Part shown: one piece after another, positions 40,911 to 50,091 of the stretch
How positions within the stretch are numbered: position 1 is the first letter of the stretch
Layout of the letters: each line of letters begins with the position of its first letter
From: Mycobacteriales bacterium
GTDB lineage: Bacteria > Actinomycetota > Actinomycetes > BP-191
Length of the DNA: 64,000 nt
Reading direction: 5' to 3'
Assembly: GCA_036382875.1 (NCBI GenBank)
Contig: DASVPJ010000042.1
Span: 51,859 to 115,858 of the forward strand
Program-made: the position numbers and the translations under genes
Notes under the pieces: model-generated
The model's database searches: none
Told to the model about the DNA's origin: nothing
Seen by the model: only the letters and a program-made list of their open reading frames with translations

Positions 40911-42157
40911 GCCAGCAGCACAGCGAGACGGTGGAGATCAGCGGTCACCTGATGGACTCCGGCGTGCTCGCCCGCGTGCTCGACGACGTGCTCGACTACG
41001 GCGGCGACTACGTCATCGACCGGCTCGACCTCGGGCGTACGCACGACGACGAGTCGCACGCGCGGATCCGCGTCGGCGCCGACTCGGAGGACGTCCTCCA
41101 GCGCATCCTCATGCGCATCCAGATCCACGGCGTCAACCAGGTCGACCCGGGCGAGGCGACGCTGCGCCCGGCGGACCGCGACGGCGTGTTCCCCGAGGAC
41201 TTCTACTCGACCACCAACCTGGAGACGCTCGTCCGCGTCGACGGGAAGTGGCTGCGGGTCGAGCAGCCGGAGATGGACTGCGGCCTCGTCGTCGCCGACG
41301 GGCGGGTGCGCACCGTTCCGGTGTCCGACGTGAAGGCCGGCGACCTCGTCGTGTGCGGGGCGAACGGCGTCCGCGTCGTGCTCCCGCACCAGGAGCACTC
41401 GGCGAAGACGTCGGGGCACTTCGAGTTCATGGCGTCGACCGTGTCGAGCGAGAAGCCGCAGGCCTTGCTGGTCCGCCAGATCGCCGCGCACCTGCGCGAG
41501 GTCAAGGCCGCGGGCAAGCGCATCCTCTGGGTCGCCGGGCCGGCCGTCGTGCACACCGGCGCGTCGCCCGCCATGGTGGCGCTGGTCAACGCCGGCTACG
41601 TCGACGTGCTGTTCGCCGGCAACGCGCTGGCGACGCACGACATCGAGTCCGCGCTGTTCGGCACGTCGCTCGGCGTCGACCTCACGATCGGCTCCGGCGT
41701 CGAGCACGGCCACGAGCACCACATCCGCGCGATCAACACGATCCGCCGCGCCGGGTCGATCGCCGACGCGGTGAAGCAGGGCGTGCTCAACGGCGGCGTC
41801 ATGCACGCGCTGGTGGAGGCCGGGAAGCCGTTCGTGCTCGTCGGGTCGGTGCGCGACGACGGGCCGTTGCCCGACGTGTACACCGACGTCATCGAGGGGC
41901 AGCGGGCGATGCGCGCCGAGCTCCACGACGTCGGCTACGCGATCATGGTCGCGACGATGCTGCACTCGATCGCGACCGGGAACATCCTTCCCGCCTCGAT
42001 CCCGCTGGTGTCGGTCGACATCAACCCCGCGACGGTGACGAAGCTCGCCGACCGCGGGTCCGCGCAGGCGGTCGGCATCGTGACCGACATCGGGCTGTTC
42101 CTGGAGCAGCTCGCCGGGGAGCTCTGCCCCGGCTACCGCCGCCCCGGCCCCGAGTAG
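40906..42157 (+). CDS. TIGR00300-family protein (archaeal-type ornithine cyclodeaminase-like; LOR/SDH N-terminal-domain homolog)
   Basis: N-terminus VEISGHLMDSGVLARVLDDVLDYGGDYVIDRLDLG matches the conserved start of TIGR00300 proteins (recalled from memory). Confidence 0.55.
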
Positions 42158-42193
42158 CCCGACGCCCGCCCCACCCGCGCCCCCGCCGTGGTG

Positions 42194-42245
42194 AGCGTTT
42201 CCTGCAGCGAACGTTCTCCCGTGACGCTTCGCTGCAGGAAACGCT
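42194..42245. repeat. REP-like palindromic element, family A copy 1 (agcgtttcctgcagcgaa - 16 nt - ttcgctgcaggaaacgct)
   Basis: Perfect 18-bp inverted repeat in a convergent intergenic region. A second copy is at 61088-61138. Confidence 0.6.
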
Positions 42246-42288
42246 CGCGGCACGGGCGGCCGGGGGGCGGCGGGCGGGGCGGCGGGGG

Positions 42289-45200
42289 CTAGGCGGGCAG
42301 CATCGAACGCAGCCTCACGTCGAGGCCCGGGGGCGCGTCGAGGTCGGCCAGCAACGCCGCCACCGGCTCCTCCACCCGCGCCGCGGCCGGCTCCTCCCCC
42401 GCGCGGCGCAGCGACTCGGCCTGCCACACCAGCGCCCGCGCCAGCCAGACGGTGGCGCCGAGCTCCGCCCAGGCCGTCGCCGCGCGCTCGAACGCCGCCG
42501 CCGCGTCGGCCGGCGACGACGCGCGCAGCAGGCGCAGGCCGTCGTTCTCGGCGGCCGTCGCGTGCGTCTCGGCCAGGTCGCCCGACGTGGGCGCCAGCGT
42601 CGCGGAGCCGGCGACGCCACCGAGCAGCGAGAGCTGCTCCAGGCAGGCCGCGGCCAGCGCGCCGTACCGCGCGGTGTCGTGCCGGCGCGCGGCGTCCATC
42701 GCCTCGGCGACGAGCGACTCGGCGCGGTCCGAGCCGTCGGCGACCGCGCAGCGCGCCTGCACGATCCGCATGCCGGTAGCCGAGAGCGACCAGCCGCTCG
42801 ACTCGGCGCGGTCGACGGCGCGGTCGGCGAGCGCCGCGCCCTCGGCCCAGCGGCCCGAGTCCATGAGCAGCTCGGCCTCGTAGAAGAGCACGGTGAGCTC
42901 GGCGGTGCGCTCCCCGATCCGGGCCAGCGCGGCGCGGCCGTCGCCGAGCTGCTGGCGGGCCAGCGCGGCCCGCCGCGAACGCAGCGCGGCGCGCGAGGCG
43001 TTGACCAGCGCGACCGCGCGCAGCCGCGCCGAGCCGAGCGAGTCGGCCCGCGCGAGCAGCTCGCCGAGCACCCGGTCGCTCTCGTCCAGCCGGCCCAGCG
43101 CGGACAGGCACTCCTGCTGGATCAGCAGCCCGTCGATCTCCCGCCACCGCGCGCCCGACTCGGTGGCGTCGGCCTGCGCCAGCACGGCCGCCTCCAACGC
43201 GGCGCCGAGGTCGCCGCGGTACTGCAGGTGGAACGCCAGCGCGCAGCGCACCTCCGCCCGCCCCCGCAGCTCCGCCTCGCTGCGCGCGGAGGCCTCGGCG
43301 AGGCCGTACCAGCGGCGGAACTCCGCGCCACCGGCCGGCGACAGCAGGTACGCGAGGAACCGCGCGACCGCCGCCTGCCCCGCCTCGTCGCCGGCCTGCC
43401 GGTACAGGTCGTACGCCTCCCGCAGCAGCCTGGTCATCTGCGGCAGGTCGTCGAAGCGGAGGTTCTCCGCCGCCTGGAACGTCGCCGCCGCCAGCAGCCC
43501 CACGTCGCCCGCCCGCTGGAGCAGCGCCACCGCCTCCGCGTGCAGCTCGCGCGCCCGGTCCAGCCGCGACACGTGCGACAGCGACACCGAGTGCGCGAGC
43601 AGCGCGCGGGCGCGCAGCACGCCGTCGCCGACCGCGTCGGCCAGCGCCTCGGCGGCCTGCAGGTCCTCGATGGCGTCGCCGAAGCGGAGCAGCTCGTTCA
43701 ACGCCGTCGCCCGCTCCACGAGCAGCGTCGCGTAGACGTCGTCGGAGATGCACTGCCGCGACGACTGCGCGACGTCCACCGCCTGCGACAGCGCCGCCTC
43801 GGCCGCGCGCGCCTGGTGCCGGTAGAGCGAGCGCCCCCAGGCGAGCAGGTGCCGCACCGCGAGCCGGGCGAGGTCGCAGGACGGCTGCACGCCGGCCGTG
43901 TCCGAGCGGGCCAGCGAGTACGCCTGGTGGTAGTGGTACGCGAGCAGCGCGACCGGCGGGCTCGCCCCGGCCGACAGCCACTCGGCGACCACCGTGTGCA
44001 GCGCGGACCGGTCGCGGCGGGACAGCGACTCGTACGCCACGTCGCGGATGAGCACGTGCTTGAAGACGTACTCGTCGCCGGACACCCGGCGCAGCAGGCC
44101 GCGGTCGACCAGCGCGTCGAGCGCGTCGCCGAGGTGCGGCTCGTCCGACATCGCCGCGAGCACCCCGGCGGCGAACGTGTCGCCGGCCACGGAGGCGCGT
44201 TGCAGCAGGCGCTTCTCGGCCGGCGAGAGGCTGTCGAGGCGCGCGGCGATGAACATGCGCATGGAGTTCGGGACGCGGCGGACCTGCGTCGCGTCGGCGT
44301 CGACCCCGCCGACGCCGCGCGAGATGCCGCCGGTCTCCAGCAGCATCCGGGTGCACTCCTCGAGGAACAGCGGGTTGCCGCCGGCCCGGTTCAGCAACGC
44401 CGCGGCGAGCCAGTCCGGCGGCTCCACGCCGAGCAGGTCGGCGAGCAGCGTCCGCATGTCCTCGTCCGGCAGCGCGCCAAGCTCGCGGGACGGCAGCGGC
44501 CGCGGCGGCTCGAGCTCGGGCCGGGCCAGCGCGAGGACGAGCACGGGCGCGTCGAGCGGCGCGGCGTCGAGCGCGCAGACCGCGTCGACCAGCTCCTGGT
44601 CGGCCCACTGCAGGTCGTCCACCAGCAGGATCACCGGCTGCGCCGCGGCGGCCGCGACGAGCACCGCGCGCAGCGCCGCGACCTCCGCCTCGGCGGAACG
44701 TTCGCCGGCCGAGCCGAGCAGGTACGCCACCCGGGCGGCGAGCGCCGGCGAGTCGCCGAACACCCGCCGGACCGCCGCCGTGACCTCGGGCTCCGGCGCG
44801 TCCGGCGGCACGCCGAGGTGCGTCGCGACCGCGTCCACGACCGCCTGCAACGGCCGCCGCCGCCCGTACGGCGTGCACCGCCCGCGCAGCGCGGTGACGC
44901 CCGCCCGCCGGGACAGGAACTCCGCGGCGAGCCGGCTCTTCCCCTGCCCCGCCTCGCCGCTGACGACGAGCACCCGCGAACGCCGCGCGGCCACCATGTC
45001 GTCCAGTGCCGCGTGCAGGTGACCGAGCGCGTCGCGGCGGCCGACGAACACCCCGGTCGGCGGCCGCGCGACGGCGCGGGCGTCCAGGCCGAGCAGCTCG
45101 TGCACCACGACCTTGTCCGCGAGCCCGCGCAGCCGGACCGCCCGGCCGGGCCCGAACCGCAGCCCCGGCCCGGCCAGCTCCACCGTCCGCTCGCCGACGA

Positions 45201-45735
45201 GCGTCTGCCCGGGCTCGGCCTCGGAGCACAGCCGCGAGGCGGTGTTCACGGTCTCGCCCGCGACCGAGAACCCGCCCACCTCGCGCGACGCGGCGACGAG
45301 CACCTCGCCGGTGTTCACGCCGACGTGCAGCGCGGGGACGCGGAGGCGGTCGTTCGACCGGTTCACCGCGGCGACCTCGGCGTGCAGCGCCACGGCCGCG
45401 TGCAGCGCGCGCGCCGCGTCGTCCTCGTGGCCGACCGGCGCGCCGAACACCGCCATGAACCCGTCGCCGAGCATCTGCGGGACCGACCCGCCGAACGACT
45501 CCACGACCCGGCGCAGCGCGGTCATCGCCGGCCGCAGGAAGTCGTGCACGTCCTCCGGGTCGAGCCGGCTCACCAGCTCGGCGTAGCCGGTCATGTCCGT
45601 GAACAGCACCGTCACGAGCTTGCGCTCCGGCGGCGCCGTCGGCTCGCCGCAGTCGCCGCACACCGCCGCGCCGCCGGGCACGCCCGCCCCGCAGCTCCGG
45701 CACCGCGCCGTCTCGTCCGCCCCCCGCACGTCCAT
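42289..45735 (-). CDS. Adenylate/guanylate cyclase (CHD) - AAA/STAND ATPase - TPR multidomain protein with an N-terminal zinc ribbon
   Basis: CRSCGAGV...CGDCG, then a class III cyclase domain (LVTVLFTDMTGYAEL...GVNTGEV), a Walker A motif GEAGQGKS and long TPR-like helical repeats. The architecture is like mycobacterial Rv0386/Rv1358 but lacks a C-terminal LuxR HTH. Confidence 0.8.
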   Translation of the reverse strand: MDVRGADETARCRSCGAGVPGGAAVCGDCGEPTAPPERKLVTVLFTDMTGYAELVSRLDPEDVHDFLRPAMTALRRVVESFGGSVPQMLGDGFMAVFGAPVGHEDDAARALHAAVALHAEVAAVNRSNDRLRVPALHVGVNTGEVLVAASREVGGFSVAGETVNTASRLCSEAEPGQTLVGERTVELAGPGLRFGPGRAVRLRGLADKVVVHELLGLDARAVARPPTGVFVGRRDALGHLHAALDDMVAARRSRVLVVSGEAGQGKSRLAAEFLSRRAGVTALRGRCTPYGRRRPLQAVVDAVATHLGVPPDAPEPEVTAAVRRVFGDSPALAARVAYLLGSAGERSAEAEVAALRAVLVAAAAAQPVILLVDDLQWADQELVDAVCALDAAPLDAPVLVLALARPELEPPRPLPSRELGALPDEDMRTLLADLLGVEPPDWLAAALLNRAGGNPLFLEECTRMLLETGGISRGVGGVDADATQVRRVPNSMRMFIAARLDSLSPAEKRLLQRASVAGDTFAAGVLAAMSDEPHLGDALDALVDRGLLRRVSGDEYVFKHVLIRDVAYESLSRRDRSALHTVVAEWLSAGASPPVALLAYHYHQAYSLARSDTAGVQPSCDLARLAVRHLLAWGRSLYRHQARAAEAALSQAVDVAQSSRQCISDDVYATLLVERATALNELLRFGDAIEDLQAAEALADAVGDGVLRARALLAHSVSLSHVSRLDRARELHAEAVALLQRAGDVGLLAAATFQAAENLRFDDLPQMTRLLREAYDLYRQAGDEAGQAAVARFLAYLLSPAGGAEFRRWYGLAEASARSEAELRGRAEVRCALAFHLQYRGDLGAALEAAVLAQADATESGARWREIDGLLIQQECLSALGRLDESDRVLGELLARADSLGSARLRAVALVNASRAALRSRRAALARQQLGDGRAALARIGERTAELTVLFYEAELLMDSGRWAEGAALADRAVDRAESSGWSLSATGMRIVQARCAVADGSDRAESLVAEAMDAARRHDTARYGALAAACLEQLSLLGGVAGSATLAPTSGDLAETHATAAENDGLRLLRASSPADAAAAFERAATAWAELGATVWLARALVWQAESLRRAGEEPAAARVEEPVAALLADLDAPPGLDVRLRSMLPA

Positions 45736-45739
45736 GGCG

Positions 45740-46268
45740 CTACGACGTCGTGAACCCGGCGCCGCCGGACACCGGCCCGGAGCCGCGGGCGACCTCGGAG
45801 GCGTTCGTCAGGCCGGCGACCGTGTCGAGGATCCCGGTGAGCGTGGTGGAGCTGTCGGAGGTCGCCTCCACCACGATCGTCACCGTCCCCGTTCCGGACA
45901 CCATCGCCGCGCCGACGACGCCCGTGACCTCGAGCGCCGCCTCGTAGACCGACACGGTGTTCGCGGCCGCCGTGGCCAGCAGCACGAACCCGACGTAGTC
46001 GGCGACGACACCGTAGGTCGGGAACGGCGCCTCCGTCGACGTGGAACCGTACGCGAGGTACGACACCGGCGACGTGAGGCCGCTGATCGTGAGGGTCGTC
46101 ACGATCTTGCTCATCAGGCCGATCGCGCTGCTGTCCGAGAGCGCGACGTAGAGCTCGCGCCCGCCGGTCATCGGCAGGACGGCGCGCGCCGTCGCGGGCA
46201 CGAGCTCGAGCGCGTCGTCCGTCGCGGACTGGGTGGCGTCGGAGGCGAAGACGTAGGCGTCCAAGGCA
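45740..46268 (-). CDS. Hypothetical Thr/Ser/Val-rich protein (175 aa)
   Basis: TTG start with a GAAGGA RBS. Non-biased composition. Sits immediately upstream of the cyclase-STAND gene. Confidence 0.4.
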
Positions 46269-46392
46269 GGGGTCCTTCGGGGGTCGGCGGCTCGGCGCCG
46301 CACAGGGGGGTGAGTGCTGCGCCCCGATCCTGCTGGCGTGAACGCGCCGCGCGGCGGGAGTGTCGGAAACCCGACTGTTGCGGCGGCACCCG

Positions 46393-47076
46393 CTACGGCA
46401 GGCGCAGAACGGCCACCAGCGGCCGGTGGTCGCTCGCCTCGGCCAGCCCGGGGACGTCGTCGGGGACGCCGCAGCGCACCACCTCCAGCCGCCGGTCGGC
46501 GAACACCGCGTCGATCCGCCGCCGCGGGCGCGCCGCCGTGCTGGTCAGCCCGTCGCCGACGGGCGCGGCGGCGTAGGCGTCCTGGAACACCCCCGCGAGG
46601 TGGGCGAACGCCGGGCCGTCCGGGTCCTCGTTGACGTCGCCGGCGAGCACCGCGGGGGCGGCGTACGCGGTGAGCAGCGCGGCGATCTCGCGGGCCTGGC
46701 CGGGGCGTTCGTCGTCGTCCAGCGACAGGTGCGTGGACGCGACGACGACCGGCGTGCCGGCGACGTCGAACACCCCGATCGCGACGCCGCGCCGGTGCAG
46801 CGGCGGCTGCCAGCGCAGCCGTACCGACCGCCCCTCGACCACGCGCAGGTCGGGGCGGGCGAGCAGCAGGTTCGCGGCGGCCGGGCGGCCGCCGGTGACG
46901 ATGCGCAGCCCGGCGGCGAGCGCCAGGTCGGCGCAGCGCGCCCGCCAGCCCCAGAACCGCGGCGCCTCCTGCACGCACACGACGTCGGGCGCGCAGGCCC
47001 GGATCACCGCCGCGACCCGGTCGAGCCCCAGCCGCAGCGAGAGGACGTTGTACGACAGCACGCGCAGGTCGGTCAC
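46393..47076 (-). CDS. Endonuclease/exonuclease/phosphatase (EEP) family protein
   Basis: LRVLSYNVLS...VVCVQE...SDHRPLVAVLRL, the EEP signatures. The GTG start overlaps the arcC stop. Confidence 0.7.
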   Translation of the reverse strand: MTDLRVLSYNVLSLRLGLDRVAAVIRACAPDVVCVQEAPRFWGWRARCADLALAAGLRIVTGGRPAAANLLLARPDLRVVEGRSVRLRWQPPLHRRGVAIGVFDVAGTPVVVASTHLSLDDDERPGQAREIAALLTAYAAPAVLAGDVNEDPDGPAFAHLAGVFQDAYAAAPVGDGLTSTAARPRRRIDAVFADRRLEVVRCGVPDDVPGLAEASDHRPLVAVLRLP

Positions 47077-48008
47077 GCCGGCACCACCTCGGTGCCGGCG
47101 TCGCCGTCCAGCGCCGCGCGGGCGGCGGCGAGCGACGTGATGACCGCGCGCGGGCCGCCGTTCTCCACGAACGTGCACGCCGCGTCGACCTTCGGGCCCA
47201 TGCTGCCCTCGGGGAACTCCCCCGCCCGCAACAGCTCCCGCGCCTCGGCCGTCGTCAGCCGCGGCAGCGGCGCCGCGTCGGGCGTGCCGAAGCCGCGCTG
47301 CACGACGTCGACCTCGGTGAGGATCAGCAGCAGGTCGGCGCCGACGATCTTCGCCAGCAACGCCGCGCTGCGGTCCTTGTCGACGACCGCGTCGACGCCG
47401 CGCAGGTCGCCGTCCACGTCCACGACCGGAACGCCCCCGCCGCCGGCCGCGACGACGCAGTGCCCCGAGTCGACGATCTGCAGCAGCGGCCCCTCCTCCA
47501 CGAACCGCACCGGGCTCGGCGACGCGACCACGCGGCGCCACCGCTTGTCCGGCTGGATCGTGAACACCTGGCCGGTCTCGTGCGCGATGCGCTGCGCGGT
47601 GGGGCGGTCGTAGAACGGCCCCACGGGCTTCGTCGGCCGCCGGAACGCCGGGTCGCGGCCGTCCACGACGACCTGCGTCACGAGGCAGAGCGCGCGGACG
47701 TCGGAGCCGCGGGCGCGCAGGGCGTTGTCGAGGGCCTGGGCGAGCAGGTAGCCGATCTGGCCCTGCGACTCCGCGCCGCAGACGTCCATCGGCATCGCCG
47801 GGATGTCCGGTGCCGCCGCCTCCTGCTGGAGCAGGATGCGGCCGACCTGCGGGCCGTTGCCGTGGGTGATGACGACCTCGACGCCGGTGGTGACGAGGTC
47901 GGCGAGGTGCCGGCAGGCGACCGCGAGCGCGCCGCGCATCTCGTCGGCGGTGCCCGTGCCGCGCGGCGGCGAGAGGGCGTTGCCCCCCAGCGCGACGACG
48001 GCTCTCAC
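47073..48008 (-). CDS. arcC: Carbamate kinase
   Basis: MRAVVALGGNAL...ITHGNGPQVG... and GGGGVPVV motifs. Confidence 0.8.
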   Translation of the reverse strand: MRAVVALGGNALSPPRGTGTADEMRGALAVACRHLADLVTTGVEVVITHGNGPQVGRILLQQEAAAPDIPAMPMDVCGAESQGQIGYLLAQALDNALRARGSDVRALCLVTQVVVDGRDPAFRRPTKPVGPFYDRPTAQRIAHETGQVFTIQPDKRWRRVVASPSPVRFVEEGPLLQIVDSGHCVVAAGGGGVPVVDVDGDLRGVDAVVDKDRSAALLAKIVGADLLLILTEVDVVQRGFGTPDAAPLPRLTTAEARELLRAGEFPEGSMGPKVDAACTFVENGGPRAVITSLAAARAALDGDAGTEVVPA

Positions 48009-48043
48009 ACGCCGACCCTAGAGTTGCGAGGCCACCGGCCGCT

Positions 48044-48100
48044 CCCCAACTGTGAAGATCACCACGCGGGAACGGCGCGGCCCGGGCTTCACGGTTGGGG
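48044..48100. repeat. REP-like palindromic element, family B copy 2
   Basis: ccccaactgtgaagatcaccacgcggg...ggcttcacggttgggg. Its right arm encodes the last codons and stop of the upstream LLM oxidoreductase gene. Confidence 0.6.
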
Positions 48101-48898
48101 CTCGGCCCGCACCAGCGGCAGCACCTCGCGGGCGAACACCCGCCGCTGCCCGTCCGCGTCCCCGCCCACGAACGCCACGATCGCCTCCGCCACCCCCGCC
48201 GCCGCCAGCCCGCGCAGCCGCTCCGCCACCTCGGCCGGCGTCCCGGTCAGGGCCCGCTCGCGTTCGGCCGGGTCGCGCCCGGGCGACCACGACGCGAGCC
48301 GCGCGGCCGCCTCCTCCGCCGAGCCGCCGAGGACCACCTGCCCGCCCCACGTCACCTCGACCCCGAGCCGCGGCACCTCGCCGGCGAGCAGCGCCCAGCC
48401 GTTCCAGCCGTCCGCGACGTCCTCGGCCAGCGCCTGCGTCAGCCGGCCGTTCCCGCCGACCCACACCCGCAGGTCCGGAACGACCTCCCGCAGCACGCCG
48501 ACGGTCGTGCGCACCGCGTCGCGCCGCGCGGGGCCGGGCAGGTGCGGCAGGCCGAGCAGCGCGTCCTCGCGCGCGCTGCTCGCGTCGCCGGTGCCGAGCC
48601 CGAGCACGAACCGGTCGCCGGCCACCGCCCGCACCGTCCGCGCCAGGTGCGCGGTGAGGAACGCCGGCCGCATCGGCGCGCGCACGACGAGCGTCCGCAG
48701 CCCGATCCGCGACGTCGCGGCGGCGACCGCGGCCAGCGCCGTGAACGCCTCCAGCACCGGCGTGCCGTCCGGCGCGCCGAGCGGCACCAGGTGGTCGTAG
48801 ACGGACAGCGAGTCGTAGCCCAGGTCCTCGGCCTCGCGCGCGACGTCGAGGAACGTCCGGTCGAGGCGGCGTTGCGGCAGCGCGGTGCCGACCCTCAC
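48089..48898 (-). CDS. LLM-class (luciferase-like monooxygenase) probable F420-dependent oxidoreductase
   Basis: VRVGTALPQRRLDRTFLDVAREAEDLGYDSLSVYDH..., a typical LLM N-terminus. GTG start. Confidence 0.7.
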   Translation of the reverse strand: MRVGTALPQRRLDRTFLDVAREAEDLGYDSLSVYDHLVPLGAPDGTPVLEAFTALAAVAAATSRIGLRTLVVRAPMRPAFLTAHLARTVRAVAGDRFVLGLGTGDASSAREDALLGLPHLPGPARRDAVRTTVGVLREVVPDLRVWVGGNGRLTQALAEDVADGWNGWALLAGEVPRLGVEVTWGGQVVLGGSAEEAAARLASWSPGRDPAERERALTGTPAEVAERLRGLAAAGVAEAIVAFVGGDADGQRRVFAREVLPLVRAEPQP

Positions 48899-49782
48899 GA
48901 GCGGGCCAGGTCCGCGGCGCCGACGACGCCGGCCACGTTGCCGAGCCGGGCGAGGCGGACGTCGGCGAGCGGCCGGTGCCCGCGCCCCGACAGGTGCGCC
49001 TCGAACGACTCCCGGGCCGGCGCCAGCAGCAGGTCGCCCGCGTCCGCGACCCCGCCGCCGAGCACGAACACCCCCGGGTCCAGCAACGACGCCATGTCGG
49101 CGAGCCCGCGCCCGAGCCACCGCCCGACGAGCCCGAACGCCTCCAGCGCCACCTCGTCACCGGCCCGCGCCAGGTCGGTGATCTCGGCGCCGGTCGCGGT
49201 GCCGCCGCGCTCCTTCACGTAGCGGGCGAGCGCGGTGCCGGACGCGTACTGCTCCAGGCACCCGGCGTTGCCGCAGCCGCACGGCTCGCCGTCGCACACC
49301 ACGCACACGTGTCCGGGCTCGCCGGCGATGCCGAACCGGCCGCGGTACAGCCGGCCGTCCAGCACGATGCCCGCGCCGATGCCGGTGCCGACGGTGAGGC
49401 AGACGAGGTCCGGCTCCCCCGCGCCGGCGCCGAAGCGGTACTCGGCCCACGCGGCGGCGTTGGCGTCGTTCTCCACGACGACCGGCAGGCCGACGCGCGC
49501 GGCGACCTCGTCGCGGACCGCGACGTCGCGCCAGGGCAGGTTCGGGGCGAACAGCATCCGCGTGCGGTCGGCGCTGACGTAGCCGGCCGCGGCGATGCCG
49601 ACCGCGCGCACGTCGTGCGCCCCGCGCAGCTCCTCGACGACCGCGACCACCGCGTCGAGCGCGGCGTCCCCGTCGCCCGCCGGGGTGTCGCGCCGGGTCT
49701 CGGCGAGGACCGTGCCGTCCGCGTCGACCACGCCACCGGCGACCTTCGTGCCGCCGATGTCGACGCCGACCGCGAGCGCCAT
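48895..49782 (-). CDS. ROK family glucokinase
   Basis: MALAVGVDIGGTKV... and the zinc motif CGCGNAGCLE. Confidence 0.8.
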   Translation of the reverse strand: MALAVGVDIGGTKVAGGVVDADGTVLAETRRDTPAGDGDAALDAVVAVVEELRGAHDVRAVGIAAAGYVSADRTRMLFAPNLPWRDVAVRDEVAARVGLPVVVENDANAAAWAEYRFGAGAGEPDLVCLTVGTGIGAGIVLDGRLYRGRFGIAGEPGHVCVVCDGEPCGCGNAGCLEQYASGTALARYVKERGGTATGAEITDLARAGDEVALEAFGLVGRWLGRGLADMASLLDPGVFVLGGGVADAGDLLLAPARESFEAHLSGRGHRPLADVRLARLGNVAGVVGAADLARS

Positions 49783-50091
49783 CAGGTGATGTCGATCCGC
49801 TCGACCGGCACGCCGGACCGCCGCGGCGCCGCCCACGTCTCGGCCGCCACCCGCACCGCCTGCGCGAACGCGTCCGCCGCCACCACGAGGTGCTCGAACA
49901 CCTCGGGCTGCGCGGTCCGCACCACCGCGAGCACCTGGCACAGCGGGCAGACGCGGCACTCCGGCCCCTGGTGCGCGGCCGCCGCGGCCGCCGCGGCCGG
50001 CGCGTGCGTGCGCCACCACTCCTCGGCCGCGCCGAACAGCTTCGCGGCCTCCTCGGCCAGCGAGCCGACGGCCTCCGTCACGCGTCCCTCC
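49782..50091 (-). CDS. Small conserved hypothetical protein with a CxxCxxC motif (102 aa)
   Basis: GTG with a GGAGGGA RBS. CRVCPLCQ motif. Overlaps the 3' end of the ArsA-like ATPase gene by 14 nt. Confidence 0.45.

Noticed and set aside
42289-47076. Cyclase plus nuclease as a Pycsar- or CBASS-like antiphage signalling system
   Set aside because: The cyclase is embedded in a 1148-aa CHD-AAA-TPR STAND protein of the common actinobacterial regulatory type. There is no small stand-alone cyclase with a TM or TIR effector and no CD-NTase. The EEP gene is not adjacent to the cyclase.
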